Source: a virus. From it: DNA of 64,000 nucleotides. The position numbers and the translations under genes are program-made. Within the stretch, counting starts at the first letter, position 1; every line of letters starts with the position of its first letter. Location of the stretch: the IMG/VR virus record IMGVR_UViG_3300034152_000419, positions 12,829 to 76,828 of that record, one strand, 5' to 3'. This document shows positions 46,739-57,472 of this stretch, one piece after another. The notes below the pieces were generated by a model. That model did not search any database and was not told the origin of the DNA. It saw only the letters and a list, made by a program, of their open reading frames with translations.

Positions 46739-47640
46739 TATGGAAAGAGGACCTCCTGAGGACCATAAGGACCGATCTCAATCGGGAGGATCGTCCACTG
46801 TCCCGTGTATGGAGTTTCAAGATTCGGAGCAAAATAATCATTCGGATCTCGTGCCGTGTCCCTGCATGTCTCCGTCACTCCCGGAGTTTTAACCATATAA
46901 ACCCAGTCCCCGACCTCATAAGTGACAAAGTCCGACGGATATGCAGTGACCGTCCGACCGAGGACTTCGACAGTGAAACTGATATTCGGATCGTCATAGT
47001 CACCATTGACCGCAGTGATCAACCCGCCTGTCAAGCACGGGGAGACATAATAGATGAAATCGGGATCATATCTCTCAGTGTTCGACCCATTATAGAAAAA
47101 ATGTGTCAGTTGAATTTTCATGCCGGGGACGATCTGATTTTGAGTGACCTGATAGATCGTCGTCCCTCCCCCGGAGTGTGCATCCGCTTTGTTCTCCGGG
47201 ATCTCTCCGGGAGCATCGACCTCAACGAGCACAAGAGGACAGTCTCCGGGACCCTGACATTCGAGGGGACCATAAGCAATCAGTTGAGACAAGATCCACT
47301 GACAATGATCAGGATTCCTGAACTCGATAATGATCCATGACTCAAACTCCCCCCAGTAAATCGAGATCATCGATTCCGGTTCGTTTGCATAATAATGACA
47401 AAACGGTTCGCAGACCATCGGACGGGGATCAGGATCGAGCGTGAGAACGAATCTGCCGTGACGGACAGCCGGACAATCTGAGGGGAGGGATTCCGGCATG
47501 ATGTCCATCTCCACACGATCCGGTCCGAAAAAGTCCTCGACGACCTCGATCCCATCCCGCAGATCATCGAGACTGTCAAAATATAATGACCGCTCAAGCG
47601 TTTCGGGACAGATCCAGACTGTGAGTTGTGTCGTCATCAC
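46738..47640 (-). CDS. Tail tip protein
   Basis: Tail context; PSDF..YEVGDWV. Confidence 0.5.
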   Translation of the reverse strand: MMTTQLTVWICPETLERSLYFDSLDDLRDGIEVVEDFFGPDRVEMDIMPESLPSDCPAVRHGRFVLTLDPDPRPMVCEPFCHYYANEPESMISIYWGEFESWIIIEFRNPDHCQWILSQLIAYGPLECQGPGDCPLVLVEVDAPGEIPENKADAHSGGGTTIYQVTQNQIVPGMKIQLTHFFYNGSNTERYDPDFIYYVSPCLTGGLITAVNGDYDDPNISFTVEVLGRTVTAYPSDFVTYEVGDWVYMVKTPGVTETCRDTARDPNDYFAPNLETPYTGQWTILPIEIGPYGPQEVLFP

Positions 47641-48389
47641 TCCTCCGCCGTCGGGACAGTGAACTCATCATTCCTGAGAGCGTCCTCATCGGATGGGATA
47701 TATCCAGACTTGACGACCCGGACTGTGTGACTCGATCCCCGGACCAGATCTCCGAGATTTATGATTCCCTGTGTGTTCGTCCGACCGATTTCGACGTCGT
47801 CGAGAAAAACTGTCGCGAACGGGACCGCGAGGTCCGTGCAATAATCCTTGACGAGTAACTCATACTCCTCGACCTCCGAGACGCCTCCGCCGAAATTGAC
47901 CGTGAGACACGCCTTTTGCTCCCCCATCCGCGCCACGACGAGAACATCACCGTCGTGACTTATATTGTGCAATTTCCACCGATCATATAAATAATTATAA
48001 TCAACCGACATGATCGCGACGACCTCGGATGAAAACTGAATCGTCTTTCCGTCGATTGTCGGAATGATCCCCGGATCTCGACCGATCCAGTCGTAAGATA
48101 CAGGAGAGTCCGGTCGATCATCGAGGTCCTGTTCTTTTTCATAGCAAAACTTGACCTGTTCGTCAGTGATCGCCTGATATGTGTTCACCGCAGTCCGCAC
48201 GATGTCTCCCGCAGAACGCGACATCGTGTATATATCCCTCGGATATCTTTTGACCCGGATGAACGCCGACTCCCCCGGAGCGAACTCTGTTTTCCCGTCG
48301 TTCAACTCCTCGTCGAGTTCCAGTTCGAGGAAAGCATCCGGGGAGACGGAGGGATCGGTGAACCTGATTGTCAATATTTTATCAGCCAT
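47637..48389 (-). CDS. Tail protein with C-terminal PEGA-like domain
   Basis: ATVFLD...G.T...G...H.V.V.K.GY. Confidence 0.55.
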   Translation of the reverse strand: MADKILTIRFTDPSVSPDAFLELELDEELNDGKTEFAPGESAFIRVKRYPRDIYTMSRSAGDIVRTAVNTYQAITDEQVKFCYEKEQDLDDRPDSPVSYDWIGRDPGIIPTIDGKTIQFSSEVVAIMSVDYNYLYDRWKLHNISHDGDVLVVARMGEQKACLTVNFGGGVSEVEEYELLVKDYCTDLAVPFATVFLDDVEIGRTNTQGIINLGDLVRGSSHTVRVVKSGYIPSDEDALRNDEFTVPTAEE

Positions 48390-48678
48390 TGATCACGACC
48401 TCCCGGATGTCTCTGTTTTTCGATGACTCAGATCCGACAATATAATATCCCTCAGGAGTCGAGACGAGAATCACCCTCGCTCCGACTTCGAGGTCCTGTG
48501 CGATTGCCGACTTGACTTTCCTCTCTTTCCCCGCGATTGAGATCGTATATGTTTTTTTACTTTCCGAGATCTTGTTGACGACCTCACCCGTCGGTTGAGT
48601 CGCGATTCGTTTTCTCTGATTGAATCCGAGTCGTTCGATTCTCTCTTTTAAAAGTGCATTGATGAGATTGTATGCCAT
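48382..48678 (-). CDS. Small OB-fold-like tail protein
   Basis: G.V...L.VGARV; tail context. Confidence 0.5.
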   Translation of the reverse strand: MAYNLINALLKERIERLGFNQRKRIATQPTGEVVNKISESKKTYTISIAGKERKVKSAIAQDLEVGARVILVSTPEGYYIVGSESSKNRDIREVVING

Positions 48679-48679
48679 A

Positions 48680-50356
48680 TTACACGACCTGAGGTTGAGT
48701 GACCGTTAATTCACACACGATCTGCGGTCCGGTGAAAAATATCCGCACCGAATTGACATGATAGTTTCCGACACAGTTAATCTCCGCATCGTTGACATAG
48801 ATGAGAATCCCATCCCGGATCAGTTCGTCATAGGGGACCCGGATATCGAGCACCTTTTGAGTATATCGGACCTCGTCCAGATATGCCGCCCCTCTGCTCA
48901 GTGCCGCGACCCATGATGTGAGCAGTCCGTCTGAGATGCTCGGAGCAAAAATGCTCCCATCATTCATCCTCACCCGGACCGACGAATCTGTCGCGCCTGA
49001 ATAGATCAGCACATCGAGCAACACCTCGACATAGTGAGAATGGAGTCTATATCGACGATATTCTGTCGTATAAGTAAACCGACCGACAGCGAAATCCTCA
49101 TCAATCGTGATCTGTTTCGACGCCGTCGATGTGTTCGGAGTGCCGCCGTCAGTCCCGAACCACTCAAACGAGTCAAGAGTTTTGATCGGTTTCGACGATG
49201 ACCCTGATCCTCTCTTGAACTGAATGATCTCGGTTTTTGATTCTGTAAAGACTCCCTGATATGCAATCAGACCATCGGTGACAAGTCTCTGAACGACAGA
49301 CGGGACCGATCCCTCCCAGTAAACCCGAACGTGAACGTCATCGCCGATTATCGGACCGCTCTCCTCAAGTTCCATCTCCGGTTCGAGGTTGTCGGGAGCA
49401 TATCCATACACCTCAACGACATTATATCCAGATCCTCTCTCCTCCATATAATTGAGAGCGATGAGATTCGTCTGTCGATCAAAACTGATATCCGCGACAC
49501 TCGACGGCATGTTCACAGGACGGACCGGATATCGATTCCGCACGAGGATCGTTCCGTCATCTTTGCACCGAACAACCGCTCCGACAGAACTCGCAATCTC
49601 CTGAACTCCCTCAAGTGGATCTCCCGAAAACTCATAAGTGTCCGGGAGGACCCAGTCGAGTTCTCGTCCATAAATATCATAAACTTGCCAGTCGATAGGA
49701 TTGACCGAGAGCATCTCCTCCGCCGTCTCTTTTGCGGATTTTGGGATCTCGTTCGCGACATCAACGGTGTCGATATAGGGGACGTCATCCCTTGCCGATG
49801 CACTCCTCCCCCATAATGTGAACTCGATCTCGTTCCCCTCTCTTTCCTCAAGCAGAAAATAAACCACCCTCGCACCGATATGAACCTCAAGTCTCGCGGT
49901 CCCCTGTCTGACATAGGGATCAGCCCGGAGGAAAAGTTCACGACTGATTGAGGTGAGAGTGAGTTGATTGTGAACACTGTTCTCATCCATCTCGATTTCA
50001 GCGGAGACGACGAGTCCCTTGATATTCGATCCGTCGAGATAGATGTCCCAGTTCGACGCCTGAAACTCAATCCCGATGTCACCGATTGTCTGTAACAATT
50101 TCTGAACGCGAAAGACGAGATCCCGCTCATTGATCGTTTGTTTCAGGACCTCGACAGCCTGTGCACCATCCCCGGAGATGACCTGATATAAAGCATGAAT
50201 CCCCGCATTTCGACCCGCAATCTCTCCGAGTAGTGCTTGAATCGACTGAGGTCCGATCCCGACCGGGAGTGCATCGACAGCCTGTTCTCCGAATGAGTTA
50301 TGTCGGACCGAGAGTGCTTGAACTCCCGCCCCTTTGAATAATAGCAGGAGAGACAT
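48680..50356 (-). CDS. Tail hub/baseplate-like protein
   Basis: 558 aa; GRS, YN.V.V.G; position after distal tail genes. Confidence 0.6.
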   Translation of the reverse strand: MSLLLLFKGAGVQALSVRHNSFGEQAVDALPVGIGPQSIQALLGEIAGRNAGIHALYQVISGDGAQAVEVLKQTINERDLVFRVQKLLQTIGDIGIEFQASNWDIYLDGSNIKGLVVSAEIEMDENSVHNQLTLTSISRELFLRADPYVRQGTARLEVHIGARVVYFLLEEREGNEIEFTLWGRSASARDDVPYIDTVDVANEIPKSAKETAEEMLSVNPIDWQVYDIYGRELDWVLPDTYEFSGDPLEGVQEIASSVGAVVRCKDDGTILVRNRYPVRPVNMPSSVADISFDRQTNLIALNYMEERGSGYNVVEVYGYAPDNLEPEMELEESGPIIGDDVHVRVYWEGSVPSVVQRLVTDGLIAYQGVFTESKTEIIQFKRGSGSSSKPIKTLDSFEWFGTDGGTPNTSTASKQITIDEDFAVGRFTYTTEYRRYRLHSHYVEVLLDVLIYSGATDSSVRVRMNDGSIFAPSISDGLLTSWVAALSRGAAYLDEVRYTQKVLDIRVPYDELIRDGILIYVNDAEINCVGNYHVNSVRIFFTGPQIVCELTVTQPQVV

Positions 50357-51777
50357 TATTCAGCATACCATCCCAAAATTGTGAGATTGTCCGGTTCCTG
50401 TGCCGTCGCCGCCGGGACGACCTCTTTCCACCACACGGGGACCGCTCCGGGGAGAGTCGTGAACTGAACCGTGTCACCCGACGCCCATATCCCACCCCAT
50501 CCGCGATAATCGAGAGTGAAAAACGGTTCGCCTGTATTCGGATTGATCGGTTCAAAGTTTGCCGTCACGACCCCGGACCCGACACCTCCGTTGTATAGAC
50601 CGGAAACAGTGAAAGCAGTTGCCGAGGTGAAAGTGACCGTCCACACATCATATTCGACCCCGTCATTGTATAGGACGAGAGGATATGTGCTCTCGTCAAA
50701 GGTTCCCGATGCACTGACCTCCGTCCATCCCGTGACCTCCGGTCCGGTATCTCCCGCCCGGAGGCAACCCCCCGCAATCGTGTTCGCGACAGCATAGGGA
50801 TTCGCGACGGAATCGACGAGATCAACCGCGACCACATTTCCCGTGTATGAGTAATTTTTATCATAGTAAGTGATCAGGATGTCCTCAGTGTCATCCGGGG
50901 GAGTCGTCCAGACGATGTCCGTGACCCACACCCCCGTGTCAGGATTGATCTCACCCGCCGAACAATAACCGGAGCAAGTCCCGTCCGGTTCGATATAAAC
51001 CGTCCGAGTCGTTCCACCACAGACGGTTGTCACGACAGGTTTGAACTCATCTTGTAACACGAGACCATTCGTGACAGAGGCGAGATCTGTGAGGGGAGGA
51101 TTGCTCGTGCTCCCGTCCCCGGTTCCGATGTCCTCATCGGTGACGAGGTTTGTCTGCATTTCAAGAAACTCCTCCGTCGCCGATCCGTGTTCGGAGAGGA
51201 CTGAGTCCGATCCGAGATAAATTCCGTAAGGATATGTAATATCCGTTTGATTCGCGATTTTTGTCCACGTTCCCGCGACATCCTCGACAGAGTCGCCGAC
51301 CTGAACGCCGGAATCTATTGTCTGAGAATTGAGGATCTTGTTCGCGATGTGCAAAAATCCTCCCGGTTCAAACTCGAAATCGTCGTTCTCCATCAAAATT
51401 TCGACCTGAGTTTCTCCGCCGGACAGAGCAGAATTGAGGGTCCCTGCTCCCATCCACATCGGGGGAGTTCCGAGGATATCAGACTGTGTGTCATTCTGCT
51501 CTCCCTCTGCTATATAATACCGATCCCCCCCGTTTGACGGATATTCGAGAAACAGGATCACGTCATAAGCGATATCATCGTCCGCATTGAGATTCGTCCA
51601 GAACTCTTTTCGATATCGCGTCACACCCGCAGTCCTCTCCGCCTTTGTGACGCGAGGAAACAAATTGTGTCTCGCGCCTGAGACGACCTCGACCTGACCT
51701 TTTCTGCCTCCGTTGACGCCTGTGTCCGTCACGGTGACAGATTTCAAAAATTTGATATCGGATGCTTGAACTGCCAT
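50356..51777 (-). CDS. Tail protein
   Basis: NGGR...HNLFP.V...ER.AG..RYRK. Confidence 0.6.
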   Translation of the reverse strand: MAVQASDIKFLKSVTVTDTGVNGGRKGQVEVVSGARHNLFPRVTKAERTAGVTRYRKEFWTNLNADDDIAYDVILFLEYPSNGGDRYYIAEGEQNDTQSDILGTPPMWMGAGTLNSALSGGETQVEILMENDDFEFEPGGFLHIANKILNSQTIDSGVQVGDSVEDVAGTWTKIANQTDITYPYGIYLGSDSVLSEHGSATEEFLEMQTNLVTDEDIGTGDGSTSNPPLTDLASVTNGLVLQDEFKPVVTTVCGGTTRTVYIEPDGTCSGYCSAGEINPDTGVWVTDIVWTTPPDDTEDILITYYDKNYSYTGNVVAVDLVDSVANPYAVANTIAGGCLRAGDTGPEVTGWTEVSASGTFDESTYPLVLYNDGVEYDVWTVTFTSATAFTVSGLYNGGVGSGVVTANFEPINPNTGEPFFTLDYRGWGGIWASGDTVQFTTLPGAVPVWWKEVVPAATAQEPDNLTILGWYAE

Positions 51778-51778
51778 T

Positions 51779-52159
51779 TTAGACCTCCATCAATTTGATT
51801 CTGACGTTCGCATACCAGTCCCCGTCAACATGGTTCGGTCGAGGGAGGATCGGTGTCGCAGAGATCACGGGAGGGTCCTCCTGTCTGAATCTGACACTTT
51901 TGAGTTCCCCCTCATAATCGAGAGTAAATTCCTGTAATGGGATGTTTGCAATCGATTGCAGTTGCTCAAGTGTGCTCCGGTCGATCCATCCCGTGTCCCC
52001 CGTCCCCACGAGATCGATTGTCTTTCCATACCTGAGATCCTCCCATATTATCGGACGACCTCCGAGAGAGAACTCGACGACTGAGCGGACCCCCGCTTGT
52101 GCGTATTCATCCTCAATGACCAGATCGGGGAGTGAGATTCCCGCGAGTGTGATTGACAT
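51779..52159 (-). CDS. Distal tail-like protein
   Basis: Immediately after the tape measure gene. Confidence 0.6.
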   Translation of the reverse strand: MSITLAGISLPDLVIEDEYAQAGVRSVVEFSLGGRPIIWEDLRYGKTIDLVGTGDTGWIDRSTLEQLQSIANIPLQEFTLDYEGELKSVRFRQEDPPVISATPILPRPNHVDGDWYANVRIKLMEV

Positions 52160-52160
52160 T

Positions 52161-54938
52161 TTAATTGCTCCTCAAAAGTTCTCCTCGCCGGAGTGCAATT
52201 TTCAACTCCTCCATTGTGGATTTCGTTGACATGACAGGGAAACCCTGATTCCCGACCCGGAGTTCGACGACTCCGAGATCATCAACATTGAGACCTCCCG
52301 TGACGGTCCCCCCTGTCTGATATTGATATCGGGGAGTCGGAGGGATCATCCCTCCCAGTTGTGCCGCGAGCATCCCCGGTATTTTCTGCATATTGAGCGA
52401 CATCGAGTTGACCATGTGCATAAACCCGACCCCGTATTTTCGGACAGCCTCTTTCCGCACGACGAACTCACCCGCCTCAAGCATCGCACGAATCCGATCT
52501 CCTCCACCATATCCCGCGAGTTTTCCACCGAAAGACATCATTCTTTCCATGAGTCCGCCAGTCCTCGCAGTCCTCTCCTCCGTGATTCGGACCGTGACCT
52601 CTTTTGTTTCCGGTTTCGTGAGTTGAGCCAGTTGAGCAGTGACCTCCTCGAAATTCTCGATCAGGACTTTGATTCGGATTCCCTTTGCGACGATGACGTC
52701 GATTGCCGCCTGTAACTCCCGCATCGAGATCGTTCCCTCTTTTGCACTTTCCGAAATCTGTTTGACGTTTTCGGTCGTCTCCGCCGGGACCTCGACTGCG
52801 AGTGCTTGTTGTTTCAGTGTTTCAAATGGGACCCCCGTCTGTTCAGCCGCGATTTTGAGGTCCTCAAGTTGTTCTTTCGTGAGTTGAATTTCCTGTTTTG
52901 TTCTCTGTGCCTCATCTGCGACCTCTCTCGGAAATTTAAATTCCTTGAGACCGTCCTTTGTCTCGACGAGCACATACTCAAATTTTTTGAACTCCTCTGT
53001 GAGATCTTGATCAATCCCCGCGCCTGTCTCTTTCGCAAGTCGATTGACCTCCGCGAGATTTTCCTCAAACGCCGACGCATATTTGAGATCGGGTTTCTTT
53101 TCAGCCTCGGACCGGACCCCCGCAATTTTTCTCTTTGCCTCCTCCTCATTGACATCGAGATTGACCGGATATTTTCGCGACTCACCCTCACGGACGATCC
53201 GCTCCGCCGTCTCATTAATGATCTCAAGTTCACGTTCCAGACGTTTGATCTCAGCGATATTGTCCTCAGTATCGAGACCGAGAAACTCGTTCGTCTTGAG
53301 TGCAAGTTTCTCATAGGCGAGAATGAGACGAACGATATCCCGCTCGATCCGTGCAAAAGTAAACTGAATCACATCGCCGACTTGAGAGTTCAGATCTCTC
53401 CACACCCGCATCTCATTGATGATTTTTCCGATCTGCCACCCCGCAATCAGAGCAGTGATCGCGAGCAAAACGAATCCCAGTGACGCCGCGAGACCCTTTG
53501 CAGAAACCGACATCACATTCATTTGCAGTGTCGATGCTCTCAACCATCCCGTGAGAGCGACGACAGCTTTCCCGAATTTGACGAATCCCAGTCCCGCGAA
53601 TCCGATGACTTGCAAAAGTCCTCCGATTGCGATTCCGAGCAGACCGACGACTGTCAGGAGTGCACCGAGTCCTCCCGCGAGTCCTGCAATCGTCGAGGCG
53701 AGTTTCGGATTCTCAATAACCCATTGAGTAATGACCTGAACGACCTCTTTGATCTGATCGACGAGATTTTCCATCGGTTGTAACAGAGGTTCACCGATCT
53801 CGATTGCGAGTCCCTGAGCCGCAGATTTCAACTCAACCAGTGCACCTCCGAGACCCTCAAGCATCGTGTCTGCCGTTGCCTTTGCGGTCCCCTCTGCGTT
53901 CCGGTTCGCCTCGGTGAGTTCCTTGAGACGCTCGACGTTTTCCGCGATGATCAGAGCAGTCGTTGAAAAGTTGCGACCGAAAATCTCTGTCGATTCCGCG
54001 AGTCCGAAAGTTCCCGCCGCCGCTTTTTCTCCGATGTTTTCAAATGTCGAGATGAGATCAATTCCACCGTCCGCAGTCTCCTCGACCGCGATTCCGATGT
54101 CTGAGAGTTTCTTTGCAATTTTTGGATCGGAGAGTCTTGTGAGAATCGCCCGGAGTCCGGTTCCTGCTCTTGTTGCCTTGACACCCGCATCACCGAGGAC
54201 GCCGACTGCCGCACTCGCCGCCGCAATCTCCACTCCTGCCGCTTTCGCCGCCGGAGCAGCAAAGGACATCGCCTGACCGAGATCGGTGATATTCGTATTT
54301 GCAGACGTCGCAGTGTTCGCGAGGATATCGGTGACTCGTGTCAGATCCTCCGTCGCCAGTCCGAAACCTTTGAGCACGTTTGTCGAGATATCCGCCGACT
54401 CCGCCAGTGACAGACCTCCCGCCGCCGCGAGATTGAGTGCGGGTTCGAGTGCGACGATTGCCTCCTCTGCCGTGAGACCCGCTTGACCGAGCAGTTTGAA
54501 ACCCTCCGCCGCCTCGGTTGCCGTGAAAGCAGTCTCCCGACCGAGTCGTTTCGCCTCATTCGCGAGAGCCTCATAATTTTCCCTCGCGCCAGTCGTGACA
54601 GCGACGACCCCTTTCATCGCCGACTCGAAATCCGACGCAATCTTGACGGGAAAAAGTCCTCCCGCCGCGAGTCCCGCTCCGATTGCCGCAATCCGTGTCC
54701 CGGTTGAGACAAATTGTTGACCCGCATTGTTCAGACTTTTGAATCCAGATTCCGCCTTGTCGAGAGCGACTGAGAGTTTCGAGATATTCGCGGACCCCTG
54801 TGCTCCGAGTCTGTTTGTCGCCTGTGTGAGTCGATTCGTCTCGTCTGTCACCCTTTTGAGATCAGCCGCGACCGAGTTGAGTTGTTTTGAGACGTTGCCG
54901 ACGACGTCTATAATCAGTTGCAGTTTTGCGTCTGCCAT
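52161..54938 (-). CDS. Tail tape measure protein (TP901 family)
   Basis: FESAM..V, T.FTA.EAA, AGT.LR, hydrophobic segment, GEFVV. Confidence 0.9.
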   Translation of the reverse strand: MADAKLQLIIDVVGNVSKQLNSVAADLKRVTDETNRLTQATNRLGAQGSANISKLSVALDKAESGFKSLNNAGQQFVSTGTRIAAIGAGLAAGGLFPVKIASDFESAMKGVVAVTTGARENYEALANEAKRLGRETAFTATEAAEGFKLLGQAGLTAEEAIVALEPALNLAAAGGLSLAESADISTNVLKGFGLATEDLTRVTDILANTATSANTNITDLGQAMSFAAPAAKAAGVEIAAASAAVGVLGDAGVKATRAGTGLRAILTRLSDPKIAKKLSDIGIAVEETADGGIDLISTFENIGEKAAAGTFGLAESTEIFGRNFSTTALIIAENVERLKELTEANRNAEGTAKATADTMLEGLGGALVELKSAAQGLAIEIGEPLLQPMENLVDQIKEVVQVITQWVIENPKLASTIAGLAGGLGALLTVVGLLGIAIGGLLQVIGFAGLGFVKFGKAVVALTGWLRASTLQMNVMSVSAKGLAASLGFVLLAITALIAGWQIGKIINEMRVWRDLNSQVGDVIQFTFARIERDIVRLILAYEKLALKTNEFLGLDTEDNIAEIKRLERELEIINETAERIVREGESRKYPVNLDVNEEEAKRKIAGVRSEAEKKPDLKYASAFEENLAEVNRLAKETGAGIDQDLTEEFKKFEYVLVETKDGLKEFKFPREVADEAQRTKQEIQLTKEQLEDLKIAAEQTGVPFETLKQQALAVEVPAETTENVKQISESAKEGTISMRELQAAIDVIVAKGIRIKVLIENFEEVTAQLAQLTKPETKEVTVRITEERTARTGGLMERMMSFGGKLAGYGGGDRIRAMLEAGEFVVRKEAVRKYGVGFMHMVNSMSLNMQKIPGMLAAQLGGMIPPTPRYQYQTGGTVTGGLNVDDLGVVELRVGNQGFPVMSTKSTMEELKIALRRGELLRSN

Positions 54939-55083
54939 TGTCAGATTTCTCCGGGTTTTTTCTCTGACGGTCGAGTTCTTTTTCGATCTCTTTGTGACGA
55001 CGATTGATCAGGGAGAGAAACAAATTAAATTGAGGGAGAGAATATCTGCGAATTTCAGAAAACGAGTGTCCCTCCGTGATCAA
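54862..55083 (-). CDS. Tail assembly chaperone, frameshift extension (gpT-like)
   Basis: In the -1 frame of the upstream gene and open from the slippery site at 55194-55200. Confidence 0.6.
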   Translation of the reverse strand: MITEGHSFSEIRRYSLPQFNLFLSLINRRHKEIEKELDRQRKNPEKSDNGRRKTATDYRRRRQRLKTTQLGRG

Positions 55084-55559
55084 GAACTCGATTCCGATTG
55101 CGATTGATCGGGAGAGGTTATCTCTTTGACGCTCTGCCGAATCACCTCTCCCGACGGGATCATTCCCGTGAACGTCTTGAACAGAGCGACCCAGTTTTTT
55201 ATTGTGTCCTCGGTGAAATTCAGTTCGACGATTGCCTTGAGGATCTGAGGGAGAACAGAAACCGGGATTTTTCTCATGTCCGGTTCAGAAACACAAAACG
55301 GGATGAGTTTGACGATCTCTTTCATCCCGATTTTCAGGAGCACAACATTTGAGGGGATCTCGTCACCCGACTGCTCCGCTTTCGTCTGCTCCTCCCGAAA
55401 TTTTTGGAATTTTTCGAGCAGATCTCCGAGCGTGTCGGTGACTTTCGGGAAATCCTCAAGGGAGAGAGGACGGACTTTCAGTTCCGCATCTCCGGGGAGT
55501 TTCACTGTCGCCTCTCCCGGAAACATGGTTTTCAAAATATTTGATTTTCTCTTTGCCAT
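55080..55559 (-). CDS. Tail assembly chaperone (gpG-like)
   Basis: Between tail tube and tape measure; slippery A-AAA-AAC. Confidence 0.7.
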   Translation of the reverse strand: MAKRKSNILKTMFPGEATVKLPGDAELKVRPLSLEDFPKVTDTLGDLLEKFQKFREEQTKAEQSGDEIPSNVVLLKIGMKEIVKLIPFCVSEPDMRKIPVSVLPQILKAIVELNFTEDTIKNWVALFKTFTGMIPSGEVIRQSVKEITSPDQSQSESSS

Positions 55560-55626
55560 TGACGACCTCCGTTTCGAGTGTTTTATCCGCCCGGATAACA
55601 CTCATTAAACGACTGAATCGATCAAT

Positions 55627-55642
55627 GTGCACACGTGTGCAC
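55627..55642. repeat. 16-bp palindrome, copy 8
   Basis: Perfect; just after the tail tube stop codon. Confidence 0.85.
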
Positions 55643-55645
55643 TGA

Positions 55646-56206
55646 TTATGTCGTTGTCGTTGTGGTTGTTGTTGTGGTTGTCGTTGTGACGAACGTGACC
55701 GTGAAAAACGGACTGTCAGGATTGTTCGCCGAATCGGACAGACCCTCACCCTCGAATGTCAGAATTTGCCATTCGTCGGAGATCAGGTTGAACGCCGCTC
55801 CGGGATTCAATGTGACTCTGTGAAATTCCCACGTCGCGTTCTCCCCGACCGGATTGTCGGAGACGAACTTGAGTGCATATTCCTTGTCGAGAACTGTGTT
55901 CGCATAGAGCACATTCGTCCCGGACAGTGTCGCTTTAAAAAACTTTTGCAAGTTTTTGATAGAGATCTCGTCCAGATCAAATGTCACTGTATATCCGGTT
56001 TCAAGGACGACGATCTTGTCCTTTTGCCGAGTTCCCGAACGCGAGGAAAAATGCTCAAGTCTCTCCTCCGTCACTTCGATTGAAAATGACGGACTGTTTC
56101 CGACATCAACCAGAGACGCCGGAGGAGTGTCGCCGACCCACTCGCCGATTGACAAAATTCCTTTTCCGAGCGAGTAAAGTTCAGTTGACGGACTTTGAAT
56201 GGGCAT
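55646..56206 (-). CDS. Major tail tube protein with Thr13 tail
   Basis: LGKG, DVGN, EHFSSRSG, DNPVG; position. Confidence 0.8.
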   Translation of the reverse strand: MPIQSPSTELYSLGKGILSIGEWVGDTPPASLVDVGNSPSFSIEVTEERLEHFSSRSGTRQKDKIVVLETGYTVTFDLDEISIKNLQKFFKATLSGTNVLYANTVLDKEYALKFVSDNPVGENATWEFHRVTLNPGAAFNLISDEWQILTFEGEGLSDSANNPDSPFFTVTFVTTTTTTTTTTTTT

Positions 56207-56221
56207 TTTTAAACCTCCTGT

Positions 56222-56650
56222 TTACAGTTGACTTGTGTCCTCAACATACCGGATCAGAACGGTCGTGCCGACTCCCGCAATATGAGAGCCGGATTCCGGT
56301 CGAAACACTCGCGAGTCTCCCGCCTCCTCGACAATCGCGTTGAGTCCCAGTGCGACAGGATCAGCATATAACTCCCGCCGAACCTCCGCATGTTTCTCCA
56401 TCAATTCCCGTGTCGCGAGGTCGTCAGAGGTCCCAGTGATGAAAACCTCGATGACCAGTCTGAGGGTCCTTTTGTATCTCGGTTTCCCTCCCCGTTGATC
56501 GGTCTCATCGACATCGCAGTTCAATTCGATGATCGAGATCATAGGGAGATCATCCTTTGACGGGACGTGATCGGGATTTCGATAAACATTCGCGATGACC
56601 TCACTCATCCGTTTTTCGATTTCCCGGACGATTGCCTCCCGTTTTTGCAT
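56222..56650 (-). CDS. Tail terminator
   Basis: RE.I...LP.I.I...D..LG...Y; position. Confidence 0.65.
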   Translation of the reverse strand: MQKREAIVREIEKRMSEVIANVYRNPDHVPSKDDLPMISIIELNCDVDETDQRGGKPRYKRTLRLVIEVFITGTSDDLATRELMEKHAEVRRELYADPVALGLNAIVEEAGDSRVFRPESGSHIAGVGTTVLIRYVEDTSQL

Positions 56651-56659
56651 CCGTCCCCC

Positions 56660-57076
56660 TTATAGCCGCGACATTTGTTGTTCGAGAGCCTGAGCAATTC
56701 CGACGATGATCGACTCGATCCGCGCCTGATCCTCAAGCAAAGGTCCGATAATTCCCCCCGGTGCTTGTCGTGAAAAAATCCCGTCCCCCTGTGCGACGGT
56801 TCGAGGACCGACTCCCGGATATCTCCCCTCCTCAAGGACTTCTGCATAATCTTTCGGATTCGAGAACGCAAAACCAGTCGATGTCCGTTCCACTTCTGAC
56901 CATGACTGTTTCATCCGGGGGGAGTTCGGTCTGATTCCGACCGGAGTCCTCCCGATCACAAGGTTCCTGAGAGTTGTCGCAATATCACGGACTGAGACCT
57001 CAATCGCCTCCGGGAGGTTATCGAAAATCCGTCGGACCTCTGCCTCGCCTAAAAATCTGACATTAGCGTCCAACAT
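56660..57076 (-). CDS. HK97 gp10-like tail completion protein
   Basis: RTPV, YA.VLE.G, SRQAP.G. Confidence 0.7.
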   Translation of the reverse strand: MLDANVRFLGEAEVRRIFDNLPEAIEVSVRDIATTLRNLVIGRTPVGIRPNSPRMKQSWSEVERTSTGFAFSNPKDYAEVLEEGRYPGVGPRTVAQGDGIFSRQAPGGIIGPLLEDQARIESIIVGIAQALEQQMSRL

Positions 57077-57458
57077 CGACAGAACCTCCCTTGACCGTGA
57101 CCGCGATTGCAAGATTAAAAATGTTTGTAATGTTTTGAATGTCCTGAGTCTGCTCGAACTCGTCAACGATCTCATCCTTGAGGGACATTCCCGACGGAGC
57201 GTCACGGTAATCGATCAAATAAAGTTGATCCCCGATCTGAATATTCGAGAATCCGACGAGTTTACTCCTGTCCGTGTGTTGCAGTCGAACCGCTTTGATC
57301 CGAAATGTTTTGAACTTTGTCACATTCGCTCCGACGCTCTCGTCAAACTCACGACTGAGATATTTCCGATATTGGATGAGCGATTGCAATCCCGGATCGT
57401 TGACCAGTTCTTTGATCACCGCTCGAACAGGAGATTCGATCTGTTTATAGATTGCCAT
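57063..57458 (-). CDS. Head closure protein
   Basis: Position and size; IQIGD. Confidence 0.55.
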   Translation of the reverse strand: MAIYKQIESPVRAVIKELVNDPGLQSLIQYRKYLSREFDESVGANVTKFKTFRIKAVRLQHTDRSKLVGFSNIQIGDQLYLIDYRDAPSGMSLKDEIVDEFEQTQDIQNITNIFNLAIAVTVKGGSVDVGR

Positions 57459-57472
57459 GATTCACCGACGGT

